In this document: piece after piece, positions 27,828-36,806 of the stretch
Position numbering within the stretch: the first letter of the stretch is position 1
Layout of the letters: each line of letters starts with the position of its first letter
From: Clostridia bacterium
GTDB lineage: Bacteria; Bacillota; Clostridia; Oscillospirales; QAKW01
Reading direction: 5' to 3'
Length of the DNA: 64,000 bases
Assembly (NCBI GenBank): GCA_017937065.1
Contig: JAGBEI010000014.1
Coordinates: 71,154 to 135,153 of the forward strand
Notes under the pieces: model-generated
Told to the model about the DNA's origin: nothing
The model's database searches: none
What the model saw: only the letters and a program-made list of their open reading frames with translations
Made by a program: the position numbers and the translations under genes

Positions 27828-28205
27828 ATGAATAATAATCTGTCTTTGGAAAATATAGAAATAACTGTTTTAAATGATACAAGGTGCTCCATTGAGCAAA
27901 TCTGCAAATTAACAGGTATGACATCAGGGGAACTGATTGATCGTCTTGTACTGAAGTGGGAGCCACGAGACCCTATGTGCGCGGCGCAATTAATCTTAGA
28001 CAGTATTGTGATATACACAAGAAAAATGAATGATGAACAGTTTGATAAAACAATAGCGGTTGTATTCAATGTGCTTAAAGAATGTTTGAAAAAAGATGGC
28101 TTAAAGTCTTTGCGCGGTATATTTGAACAATTTGAGACCGCGCTTGGCGCAAAAAATATTTCAGCAGATGATTATGATATTTTAAAAAAAGTATTTCAAA
28201 AGTGA
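27828..28205 (+). CDS. hypothetical 125-aa helical protein
   Basis: ORF with an AAGGGA RBS. It is divergent from the XRE pair and has a possible HTH-like stretch (IEQICKLTGMTSGELIDRL). Confidence 0.55.
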   Translation: MNNNLSLENIEITVLNDTRCSIEQICKLTGMTSGELIDRLVLKWEPRDPMCAAQLILDSIVIYTRKMNDEQFDKTIAVVFNVLKECLKKDGLKSLRGIFEQFETALGAKNISADDYDILKKVFQK

Positions 28206-28336
28206 GCGCTGTGCGCTGCTGCCGTTTCCGCGGGATGTTCCTTTTTTTGATAATTTTTCGTTGTTATTCCCGCGGGAATTTGTGCAGTGCATTTACATAT
28301 ATTTCCATTTAGCTCTAAACATGCTGCTACATAAAA

Positions 28337-28370
28337 CCAAAGCGCCAAGCGTTAACGCTTGGCGCTTTGG
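28337..28370 (-). terminator. intrinsic terminator for the YaaH-like gene
   Basis: Perfect 15-bp stem (CCAAAGCGCCAAGCG, loop TTAA, CGCTTGGCGCTTTGG), with TTTTAT following on the minus strand. Confidence 0.85.
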
Positions 28371-28374
28371 TACA

Positions 28375-29502
28375 TTATATCTTAATAATATCAAACATGC
28401 TGTCCATAACCGTCATCATCGGCTTATAGAACGACATCACCGTCCAGATTGAATAGCCTGCAAGATTATAATTGCGCAAAAGCTGCATTTTCGCCGCGAC
28501 CGAGCGTGCGTCCTCAAACCAGACGACGTGCTGACGTCCGTTTGAGTCATAGTAGTTATAATAGGGCGTCTGCGCGGTCTCATCGTACATTATTTCCGCG
28601 CCCACCTCGCGCGCCAGCTCTATCGCCCTGTTGTTGGAAATCGCCTGTGCGGCGTTGCCCTTGATAAACGGCAAAGTCCAGTCATAGGCGTAATTGGGTA
28701 TTCCCATCAGCAGCTTTTCGGGCGGAATTTGGCTTACGGCGTACCGCACAACCTCCTCCACCTTGTTAAGCGGCGCGACCGCCATGGGCGGGCCGTAGGT
28801 ATAGCCCCATTCATAGGTCATTATCAGCACATAATCCGCCGCCGCGCCCAAAGCTGCATAGTCGTGCGCCTCGTACAGCAGTCCCGGCTGATCTGAACTG
28901 GTTTTCGGCGCCAGCGCCACCATAACCTTATAGCCCAGCGGCTGGGCAAGCGAGTGCAGAAGCTCGATAAACTTGACATACTGCTGTTTAAATCTCGGTG
29001 GTATGTACTCAAAGTCAACGTCTACGCCGAAATAGTTGTGCGTCTGCAATTTTGCAATAATATTGTTTGCCAGCGCCATTGTCGCCTCCTCACTGCCCAA
29101 AATCGCCGCCGCATTCTCCGAGCTGAACCGCCCGTCCTCGGTAAGCGTTGTAACAAGCAGTACGGGAGCTACGTTGTTATTTTCCGCGATGGTTATGAGC
29201 TCGCTGTCGTCCAGGTCGACAAGCGTGCCGTTGGGACGTATTCCGTACGAAAACGGAGTCAGCGTTGACAGAAACGGCAGCGTCGGAAACAGCGCCGCTT
29301 TGTCAATATGCGGATAAGCATAGCCGTTTGCCAGAACTCTGCCCAGCTTTTCGGCGGGAGACGGCACAATAATCGCCTGACCGACTATCAGCGTGGGCTG
29401 CACCGTCGGACCGTTTGCCGCCAAGAGCTGCTCTATCGTCACCCCGTACATTTTTCCGATAGAGTATAGAGAATCGCCCTTTTGTGTCACATGGATTATC
29501 AT
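28375..29502 (-). CDS. LysM-domain glycoside hydrolase family 18 (YaaH/SleL-type spore peptidoglycan hydrolase)
   Basis: N-terminal LysM (GDSLYSIGKMYGVTIEQLLAANG) and the GH18 catalytic motif GVDVDFEY. Confidence 0.85.
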   Translation of the reverse strand: MIIHVTQKGDSLYSIGKMYGVTIEQLLAANGPTVQPTLIVGQAIIVPSPAEKLGRVLANGYAYPHIDKAALFPTLPFLSTLTPFSYGIRPNGTLVDLDDSELITIAENNNVAPVLLVTTLTEDGRFSSENAAAILGSEEATMALANNIIAKLQTHNYFGVDVDFEYIPPRFKQQYVKFIELLHSLAQPLGYKVMVALAPKTSSDQPGLLYEAHDYAALGAAADYVLIMTYEWGYTYGPPMAVAPLNKVEEVVRYAVSQIPPEKLLMGIPNYAYDWTLPFIKGNAAQAISNNRAIELAREVGAEIMYDETAQTPYYNYYDSNGRQHVVWFEDARSVAAKMQLLRNYNLAGYSIWTVMSFYKPMMTVMDSMFDIIKI

Positions 29503-29583
29503 TTAAAGCACCTCGTAAAATTGATGTGTACTCTATAACATATGTTGTTCAAAAAAATAAAATGCAACATATAATATACGGAG

Positions 29584-30153
29584 GTGATTAATATTTATAA
29601 AATTTTTATTGACCAGGGTCATAACCCGCAGGGCTTCAACGCAGGCGCCGAGGGTCATGGACTGAGAGAACAGGACGTTACGTATCAGGTCGGGGTCTAT
29701 CTCTCCGAGCTTTTACAGGAAAACGGAAACTTTGAGACAATGCTCTCCCGCCCGACGCCCGAAACGGTGCTGGGTACCTCCAACGCGACCAGCCTTCAGG
29801 CGCGCGTAAACATGGCAAATAACTGGGGTGCCGACTATTTTATCAGCATCCACTGCAACGCCTCCGAAAACCCGCAGGCAAACGGTACAGAGGTGTATGT
29901 TTACAGCCGCAGCTCCCCCGCCTTCGGCATGGCTGAGGATATCCAGCAGCAGATTGTGTCGAGACTGGGCACCAAGGATTTGGGCGTTAAGGAAAATACC
30001 TCCCTTTACGTGCTCCGCCGCACGTCCATGCCCGCAATGCTCGTTGAACTGGCATTTATAACCAACGAGAGCGACGCGCAGCTTTTGCGCTATGACCAGT
30101 ATCAGTTTGCATATGCCATTTATCAGGGAATTTTGCAGTATCTGGGACTGTGA
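29584..30153 (+). CDS. N-acetylmuramoyl-L-alanine amidase (Amidase_3, CwlD-like)
   Basis: IDQGHN, SIHCNA and NGTEVYV motifs. The exact start is uncertain because the GTG overlaps the GGAGGTG RBS. Confidence 0.8.
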   Translation: MINIYKIFIDQGHNPQGFNAGAEGHGLREQDVTYQVGVYLSELLQENGNFETMLSRPTPETVLGTSNATSLQARVNMANNWGADYFISIHCNASENPQANGTEVYVYSRSSPAFGMAEDIQQQIVSRLGTKDLGVKENTSLYVLRRTSMPAMLVELAFITNESDAQLLRYDQYQFAYAIYQGILQYLGL

Positions 30154-30267
30154 CAAACAGGCAAAAGCGCAAATTTAACCCCTTTAAAACGTATTAGGAC
30201 AATTTTCTGCGGCGTTATTTAATTTCCTTTTTTTTACTGGAAAAATTTAGGTAAATTTTGTCTTTCA

Positions 30268-30274
30268 TTCGACA
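30268..30274 (-). promoter_or_regulatory. perfect 0A box (TGTCGAA) upstream of the spo0A-like gene
   Basis: The plus strand reads TTCGACA, 67 nt upstream of the ATG. Confidence 0.4.
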
Positions 30275-30340
30275 TTTATCGTCGTTTTTTCAGTTTATAT
30301 ATTGCTATAATTATCGCATAACAACGACAGGAGAAAAAAG

Positions 30341-31123
30341 ATGAACACAAAACTTAAAGCCATAGTAGTACAGCCTAATATGGAAAACATGAGAACCGTG
30401 TGTGAATTTTTAAAATCACACGGCTATGAGATAAGCGCAACAACACCGTCAGGCAGCGAAGCGGCTGCGCTTATTGTCAAAAACGAGCCTCAGGTAATAA
30501 TATCCGACGCATATCTGCTTGATGTGGACGTGTGCGGTATGCTGGATATTTTGGAGCAGCGCGGTTTTTCGGGAAAGTCGGTTTTTGTAGTGGCAACAGG
30601 TATTAACAGCGCCTGTATAATCGAAAACGTTCTTAACCGCGGCGTCGACCTGTTTACGCTTATTCCGTTTAACAGCGAATATGCCGACAGAAAAATCCGC
30701 GATATTTACGCTAAAAAACAGCAGTCCGCATTGGCTGGACGTTCCTCATGCGGCGCGCAGATGGACGAATTCGAGCTTTTGAACTACGTTTCAAGGCTTA
30801 TGCACGAGGTCGGCGTGCCCGCATCAATCCGCGGCTACGACTATATACGCGAGTCCATTATGATGGCGCTGGACGACCGCAATATTTTAAAGTCCATAAC
30901 AAAGGAGCTGTACCCCAGCATTGCCAAAAGCAACGACACGACCTCCTCCAGGGTGGAGCGCGCGATAAGGCACGCGGTTGAGGTCGCATGGCAGCGCGGC
31001 GATGTTGAGGTTTTAAACAATATTTTCGGATATACGGTTAAAAGCACAAAGGGCAAACCGACCAACGGCGAGTTTATTTCCATGCTGACGGAGCGTGTTC
31101 GTCTTGATCTGAAAATTTCCTGA
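30341..31123 (+). CDS. spo0A: Spo0A-like sporulation transcription factor with an atypical receiver domain
   Basis: The C-terminal Spo0A DNA-binding domain is unmistakable (YPSIAKSNDTTSSRVERAIRHAVEVAW). The N-terminal REC-like domain lacks the DD pair and the Lys. Confidence 0.8.
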   Translation: MNTKLKAIVVQPNMENMRTVCEFLKSHGYEISATTPSGSEAAALIVKNEPQVIISDAYLLDVDVCGMLDILEQRGFSGKSVFVVATGINSACIIENVLNRGVDLFTLIPFNSEYADRKIRDIYAKKQQSALAGRSSCGAQMDEFELLNYVSRLMHEVGVPASIRGYDYIRESIMMALDDRNILKSITKELYPSIAKSNDTTSSRVERAIRHAVEVAWQRGDVEVLNNIFGYTVKSTKGKPTNGEFISMLTERVRLDLKIS

Positions 31124-31171
31124 TATCAGTAAAAACGCCGTGTTTTTCACGGCGGCAGGGGTCAAAATATT

Positions 31172-31203
31172 AACAGGGACGGTTTTAACCGTCCCTGTTT
31201 AAT
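31172..31203. terminator. bidirectional intrinsic terminator
   Basis: AACAGGGACGG paired with CCGTCCCTGTT, followed by TAATTTT. Confidence 0.8.
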
Positions 31204-31216
31204 TTTGTGCTTCCGA

Positions 31217-32365
31217 TTACAGCTTTGCAAAAAAGCTCTCGATTTCGCTTCTTTCGGCGTGGATGCTGCCCTGTATCATCTTTTCGCTTCCGCCGCACCG
31301 CGCCGAAAGCTTCTCCCGCATTGCCTTTGCAAGCTCTCGCATATCGCAGCTGTCCGCGCCCGCCGCCGCAAAGCTGTATCCGTCCCCGTCATTGCCCGAC
31401 AGTACGGCGCATATTTTACCGTATTTTCCGTCAAGGGCGTTGACGGTCAGGCGCAGCGCACCCGTATCGGTGTTGTCTTCAAACAGAATTATATTTTTGT
31501 CTGTTTTCTCAACGGCGGCGCATCTCAGAAGTGTCAGCTGCCGCTTCAGCTCGCTTACATTCTGCTTTAACAGCTGTGTGTCCGCCGTGAATTTTTTGAA
31601 AAACTGCGCCGCGTTTGTCGGCTTGCAGGACAGCTCTGCGGCAATCAGCTCGAGATTTTTCTGCTTTACCGCGTAGTCGCGCAGGGCGCGCATGCCGCAC
31701 AGCATATGTATGCGTATACCGCCCTTGTACGCCATGCTGTCGGTAAACTTGATAAGCCCGATTTCTCCCGTTCTTGCGACATGCGGCGCACAGCATGCGC
31801 AGCGGTCGACGCCCTCTATTTCTACAATGCGTATATCTCCGTCGATTTCCTTTTTGGAGCGGTAGTCAAGCGTTTCAAGCTCGCCTGCCGACGGGTAAAA
31901 CCCGCGCACGGGCAGGTTTTGCTGCACGGCGCTGTTTGCAAGCGTTTCTACTTCATCAAGCTGCGCTTTTGTGAGCGGACCGTCAAAGTCAAATGTCGTG
32001 TCGTCGCTTCCCAGATGAAAGCCGACGTTTTCATAGCCGTAAAGCCTGTGCACAATCCCGCAGACGATGTGCTCGCCCGTGTGCTGCTGCATTCTGTCAA
32101 GCCGTGAGCTGCCGTCTATCATACAGTGTACCTGTCCCGACACGCTGCCGTCCGTCAAATGCACAATCTGCCCGCCGCGCAGAGATACATGTTTTACGCG
32201 GACATCGCCTATCGTGCCGCTGTCGCAGTCCTGCCCGCCCTCCTCGGGGAAAAACGCGGTTCTGTCCAATACGGTTTCAAAGCCGTGCTCCGTTTCGGTG
32301 CAGTCCAGCACGCGGGCTTCAAACTCAAAAATATATGCGTTTTTATCGTAAAGCTTTTCCGTCAT
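31217..32365 (-). CDS. alanyl-tRNA editing protein (AlaX-L type: editing domain plus DHHA1-like C-terminus)
   Basis: Zn-binding motifs HTGEH and CCAPH. Confidence 0.8.
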   Translation of the reverse strand: MTEKLYDKNAYIFEFEARVLDCTETEHGFETVLDRTAFFPEEGGQDCDSGTIGDVRVKHVSLRGGQIVHLTDGSVSGQVHCMIDGSSRLDRMQQHTGEHIVCGIVHRLYGYENVGFHLGSDDTTFDFDGPLTKAQLDEVETLANSAVQQNLPVRGFYPSAGELETLDYRSKKEIDGDIRIVEIEGVDRCACCAPHVARTGEIGLIKFTDSMAYKGGIRIHMLCGMRALRDYAVKQKNLELIAAELSCKPTNAAQFFKKFTADTQLLKQNVSELKRQLTLLRCAAVEKTDKNIILFEDNTDTGALRLTVNALDGKYGKICAVLSGNDGDGYSFAAAGADSCDMRELAKAMREKLSARCGGSEKMIQGSIHAERSEIESFFAKL

Positions 32366-33288
32366 TTTGTAATCTTGTCTCTGAAATGCTCGCCTATTGA
32401 GCGGATCGTGTTCAAAAACGGCAGGATAAGCGGTTCTTCTGTATTTTTCAGGCTTACCTGCATGAAGGTCTCGAAATTGAGGTCGCCGTCATAGCCGATA
32501 AAGCGGAGCGCGTCACAGAATTCGTTCCAGTCGATATTTCCGGTGTACGGCATAAGGTGCGCGTCCCTGTCCATGGAATTGTCGTGTATATGCAGAGCCT
32601 TGATGCGCCGTCCCAGTATCTCGATATACGGGCGCTGGCGCATATTCAGCAGATTGAGATGCCCCGTGTCAAGACAAAGCCCGAAGCACTCTTTCCCCGC
32701 AAGCCCGTTTAAGCTGTCGATGTATTTTACGGCTTCATGCGGGTCGGAGCAGGTGCCGGCATACACATATCTGCCCTTGAAGGAGGTAAACAGGTTTTCC
32801 AGCAAAATCATGACCCCCGTCTCCTTGGCGGCGGGAATGAGCGAACTGTACATGTGCATGTTGAGCTCAAAAAACTGTTTGTCTGTCATTGTATTGTCGT
32901 TGTAAGGGCGGGAAATACCGTGGATTACAAGTCTCGGACAGCCCGCGTACTGACAGAGCTTCAGGGTGTTTTTATAGACTTCTATGCAGAAATCTGTAAA
33001 TTCCGGTCTGCCCTTTGCGTATGCGGGAAACGCCGCATGCGCCTGGGTCGGGTGCAGACCGAATTTTTTCATTGCCGCAAGCTGCGGCTCAAACTCTGCT
33101 ATGATTTTGTCCATAGGTTCGTGAAAAATTGTTTTTTCGGGGATAATCCCCGCCTTTACCTGTTTCCTGTCCCAGACATGGTCAAGACACCAGTCAACGG
33201 CGGTAAAACCTGCCGCTGCTATCATTTCAAAGCTTCGCTCTGTTCCAACGTCGTCTGTGAGGTTTGCGTTTTGTACTGAAAGCTCCAT
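32362..33288 (-). CDS. sugar phosphate isomerase/epimerase (xylose-isomerase-like TIM barrel)
   Basis: Pattern typical of the family (LVIHG, LENL, LCLDTGH, HIHDN). 4-nt overlap with the downstream gene. Confidence 0.75.
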   Translation of the reverse strand: MELSVQNANLTDDVGTERSFEMIAAAGFTAVDWCLDHVWDRKQVKAGIIPEKTIFHEPMDKIIAEFEPQLAAMKKFGLHPTQAHAAFPAYAKGRPEFTDFCIEVYKNTLKLCQYAGCPRLVIHGISRPYNDNTMTDKQFFELNMHMYSSLIPAAKETGVMILLENLFTSFKGRYVYAGTCSDPHEAVKYIDSLNGLAGKECFGLCLDTGHLNLLNMRQRPYIEILGRRIKALHIHDNSMDRDAHLMPYTGNIDWNEFCDALRFIGYDGDLNFETFMQVSLKNTEEPLILPFLNTIRSIGEHFRDKITK

Positions 33289-33395
33289 TTCTGCTCTCCT
33301 TTATTGTTTTTTATAATTATAAAACAAACGGATATTTATATCAAGAAAAATTTATATTGACAAACAGAGTTAAATTGTATAATATGTAAGAAATT

Positions 33396-33554
33396 GATAG
33401 AGGTGCGGAAATTATGAGTACGCCGGGATTACATGGGAAAGCATACCGGCGGAAAGGAATAACGCCGAAGCCGCAGTTTTGTCCCTTTTCCGGTCAGGTG
33501 CGGCTGGCGCAGGTCAGAATATGTCCTGTGCTGTCACGCAAGTGGAGAGCTATC
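33396..33554 (+). promoter_or_regulatory. lysine riboswitch (L-box) aptamer
   Basis: Conserved blocks appear in order: GATAGAGGTGCG, GAGTA, GGGAAAG, GCCGAAG, GCTGG, CTGTCA, GGAGAGCTATC. The P1 helix is GATAG/CTATC. Confidence 0.85.
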
Positions 33555-33577
33555 GTGTCTGTCATTCGGTTCGCGGC

Positions 33578-33615
33578 AGCTTTTGGGCTGTGCGCGGGCT
33601 TTTTATTTTTCGGCG
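33578..33615 (+). terminator. riboswitch expression-platform terminator
   Basis: Imperfect stem CGCGGCAGC/GCTGTGCGCG followed by GGCTTTTTATTTTT. Confidence 0.55.
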
Positions 33616-33648
33616 CCGCTGTCAAAAACTAAAATAGGAGAAGGGAAA

Positions 33649-35430
33649 ATGAAAAACAAAAGGATATTTTTGTTTGTTGCCGTCATACTCTGCGTGACGA
33701 TGCTGTTTTCCACCGCTTTTGCAGACGGCGAAACAGCGCCCGATGCGCCCGATTTATCGGTGTCGTCGGATATAGGCGGTGACGCCGCGCCGGCAGACGG
33801 CGCCGATGCAGCTTCAGATGAAGCTGCGCCTGACGCTTTAAGTTCGGATGATGGCGCGTCCGACACCGCCGAAGGCGAAGAGGAGGAGTATCAAAGTCCG
33901 TTTTATTCAACAATTTGGGCACTGCTTCCTCCGCTTATCGCAATAGCGCTTGCACTTATCACAAAAGAGGTTTATTCCTCGCTCTTTATCGGTATCCTTG
34001 TGGGCGGTCTTTTGTGGTCGGGCTTCAGCTTTGAGGGCACCATGACCCATGTGCTGTCCGACGGGTTTGTCGGCTCGCTGGCGGACAGCTACAACGTCGG
34101 TATTCTGCTGTTTCTTGTAATACTCGGCGCGCTGGTTGTCATGATGAACAAGGCGGGCGGCTCTGCGGCGTTCGGCCGCTGGGCGGCGGAGCATATAAAA
34201 TCGAGAACAGGCGCGCAGATTGCGACAATAATTCTCGGTATACTTATCTTTATTGACGATTATTTCAACTGCCTGACAGTCGGCTCGGTAATGCGCCCTG
34301 TCACCGACAAGCAGAATGTGTCGCGCGCCAAGCTGTCCTATCTTATTGACGCGACTGCGGCGCCCGTTTGCATCATCGCACCCGTTTCGTCCTGGGCGGC
34401 GGCGGTCGCAGGCTTTGCCGAGGGCTCGGGTATGAACGGTTTCGAGCTGTTTGTGCGTGCCATTCCGTATAACCTCTATGCACTTCTGACAATCGGCATG
34501 ATGTTTGCCATCACTCTGATGAAGTTTGATTTCGGTCCGATGAAAAGGCATGAGGAGAATGCCAAAAAAGGCGATATTTTTTCCAACGAAAAGCTCAAAG
34601 AGGTCGCCGACAGTATGGAGGGCAACCCGCGCGGCAGAGTGTACGACCTTGTTCTGCCGATTGCCGTGCTGATAGTCTTGTGCGTACTCGGTATGATTTA
34701 TTCCGGAAATTTCTTTACCCCCGGCAAGGAGGGCTATCACAACTTTGTAACTGCATTTTCCGGCAGTGACGCGTCGGTAGGTCTGGTTATCGGCTCGTTC
34801 GGCGCGCTGATTTTCACCGTTATATATCTTATTTGCAGACGTGTGCTGTCGTTTAAGAGCTGTATGGAGTCAATTCCCGAGGGCTTTAAGTCAATGGTAC
34901 CTGCCATCATGATTCTGACCTGCGCATGGACGCTTAAAACGATGACCGACAGTCTGGGCGCCGCTGACTATATTCATGATATTGTTCAGGGCTCGGCGCG
35001 TGCGCTTCAGAGCTTTTTGCCTGCTATCATCTTCCTTATTGCGGTAGGACTTTCTTTTGCGACAGGTACGTCCTGGGGCACTTTCGGCATACTTATTCCG
35101 ATAGTTATAGATGTGTTCGGCTTTAACAGCGGCGAGATTACCATTATTGCCATCTCCGCGTGTATGGCGGGCGCTGTCTGCGGCGACCACTGCTCGCCCA
35201 TCTCCGACACTACCATTATGGCGTCGGCGGGCGCCCAGTGTAACCATCTTGTGCACGTTTCGACGCAGCTGCCCTACGCGCTGTTTGTTGCGGGTATATC
35301 TTTTGTCGGCTATATTGTCGCGGGCTTTGTAAGAAATGTATACATCTCGCTTATCGTATCTTTCGCATTGCTTGCACTGGCGCTTTTCCTTGCATATGTC
35401 ATTTCCGGCCGCAGCAAATCAAAAGCCTGA
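33649..35430 (+). CDS. NhaC-family transporter (LysW-type candidate lysine transporter)
   Basis: Polytopic NhaC-like core. The ATG at 33649 follows a GGAGAAGGG RBS. The ORF-track start at 33583 lies inside the riboswitch terminator. Confidence 0.85.
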   Translation: MKNKRIFLFVAVILCVTMLFSTAFADGETAPDAPDLSVSSDIGGDAAPADGADAASDEAAPDALSSDDGASDTAEGEEEEYQSPFYSTIWALLPPLIAIALALITKEVYSSLFIGILVGGLLWSGFSFEGTMTHVLSDGFVGSLADSYNVGILLFLVILGALVVMMNKAGGSAAFGRWAAEHIKSRTGAQIATIILGILIFIDDYFNCLTVGSVMRPVTDKQNVSRAKLSYLIDATAAPVCIIAPVSSWAAAVAGFAEGSGMNGFELFVRAIPYNLYALLTIGMMFAITLMKFDFGPMKRHEENAKKGDIFSNEKLKEVADSMEGNPRGRVYDLVLPIAVLIVLCVLGMIYSGNFFTPGKEGYHNFVTAFSGSDASVGLVIGSFGALIFTVIYLICRRVLSFKSCMESIPEGFKSMVPAIMILTCAWTLKTMTDSLGAADYIHDIVQGSARALQSFLPAIIFLIAVGLSFATGTSWGTFGILIPIVIDVFGFNSGEITIIAISACMAGAVCGDHCSPISDTTIMASAGAQCNHLVHVSTQLPYALFVAGISFVGYIVAGFVRNVYISLIVSFALLALALFLAYVISGRSKSKA

Positions 35431-35520
35431 AAACAAGTCAAACAGAGCGGTACTTGACCGCTCTGTTTTTTTGTGTTAGAATATTTAACTGTAAAAAAAT
35501 ATTTTCGGAGGATAGATTTT

Positions 35521-36243
35521 ATGTCGGGACATTCCAAATGGCATAATATACAGGCAAAAAAGGGCAAGACAGACGCACAGCGCGCAAAGATTTTCACAAA
35601 AATGGCGCGTGAAATCATGGTTGTTGTCAGAGAGGGCGGCGCAAATCCCGCGTCCAACTCGCGCCTTGCCGACGTTATTGCAAAGGCAAAGGCGGCAAAC
35701 GTGCCCAACGACAATATTGAGCGCGCGATTAAAAAGGCGGACGGCAGCGGCGACGGCAAGAACTATGAGCATAACATTTACGAGGGTTACGGACCGGGCG
35801 GCGTTGCGGTCGTTGTCGAGTGTCTGACGGACAACAAAAACCGCACTGCGGGCGACCTGCGCCACTATTTTGACAAGTTCGGCGGAAATTTGGGCACGTC
35901 GGGCAGCGTTCTGTGGCAGTTTAAGCAGTGCGGCGTTATCGTTATAGATAAGAAAAACGCCGACGAGGACACCTTGATGATGGCAGCGCTTGACGCGGGC
36001 GCGGACGATTTCAATTCAGAGGACGATATGTATGAAATCATAACCTCTCCCGAGAATTTCTCGGCAGTGCGCTCGGCGCTTGAGGACGGCGGCTATGCCT
36101 TTGAGACGGCGGAGATTACGCGCGTTGCGGAAAACTACGTCTCGCTTACAGATGAAAATGACATTAAGTTTATGAATCTTCTGCTTGACGCGCTGGACGA
36201 CAACGACGACGTGCAGAACGTCGCGCACAACTGGGACGAGTAA
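35521..36243 (+). CDS. YebC/PmpR-family DNA-binding transcriptional regulator
   Basis: MSGHSKWHNIQAKKG N-terminus, diagnostic of the family. Confidence 0.92.
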   Translation: MSGHSKWHNIQAKKGKTDAQRAKIFTKMAREIMVVVREGGANPASNSRLADVIAKAKAANVPNDNIERAIKKADGSGDGKNYEHNIYEGYGPGGVAVVVECLTDNKNRTAGDLRHYFDKFGGNLGTSGSVLWQFKQCGVIVIDKKNADEDTLMMAALDAGADDFNSEDDMYEIITSPENFSAVRSALEDGGYAFETAEITRVAENYVSLTDENDIKFMNLLLDALDDNDDVQNVAHNWDE

Positions 36244-36806
36244 TGAACGTCTACGATTTTGACGAAACGATATACGACGGCGACAGCACGGTGGATTTTT
36301 ATAAATACTGTCTGCGCCGCCGCCCGTATATCATTTTTCGGTTCCCGTTCTGGACCGCGCTGCGCTTTGTGCTTGACAGCAGAAAAAAGCTGCAGTTCAA
36401 GGAACGCTTTTACAGGTTTCTTCGCGCGTTCGACGATATTGACAGCGAGGTTTTGCGCTTTTGGGACGGGCACGAAAAAAATATAAAGCGGTGGTATCTT
36501 GAAAATCACCGTCCGGACGACGTTGTGATTTCCGCATCGCCCGAATTTCTGTTAAGACCTGTCTGCAAAAGACTGAAAATTCCGGTGCTTATGGCGTCGG
36601 TTGTCGACAAAAAAACCGGGCTTTACAGCGGAGAGAACTGCTGGGGCAAGGAGAAGGTGCGCCGCTTTTACGAGCGGTTTGAGAACGGTAAAATCGACAG
36701 CTTCTATTCTGATTCTTATTCCGACGCACCGCTTGCCGAAATTGCGGAAAAGGCGTTTATAGTCAGTGGTGAAAAAATCACACCATGGGATAAAACCGAA
36801 TCATAA
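36243..36806 (+). CDS. HAD-IB family hydrolase
   Basis: Motif I is YDFDETIYDGDS. The start overlaps the upstream stop (TAATG). Confidence 0.75.
   Translation: MNVYDFDETIYDGDSTVDFYKYCLRRRPYIIFRFPFWTALRFVLDSRKKLQFKERFYRFLRAFDDIDSEVLRFWDGHEKNIKRWYLENHRPDDVVISASPEFLLRPVCKRLKIPVLMASVVDKKTGLYSGENCWGKEKVRRFYERFENGKIDSFYSDSYSDAPLAEIAEKAFIVSGEKITPWDKTES

Noticed and set aside
27812-28069. 85-aa minus-strand ORF overlapping the 125-aa orphan
   Set aside because: The plus-strand ORF is longer, has an RBS and gives a plausible helical protein. The minus-strand product is hydrophobic junk with no RBS.
33414-33632. 72-aa plus-strand ORF upstream of the NhaC-family gene
   Set aside because: It lies wholly inside the lysine riboswitch aptamer and terminator and has no RBS.
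33907-34740. 277-aa minus-strand ORF antisense to the NhaC-family gene. The 279-aa ORF at 60621-61460, antisense to the MFS gene, is a similar case.
   Set aside because: Both are Arg/His/Cys-rich shadow frames of GC-rich membrane-protein genes. The sense frames give coherent TM proteins.
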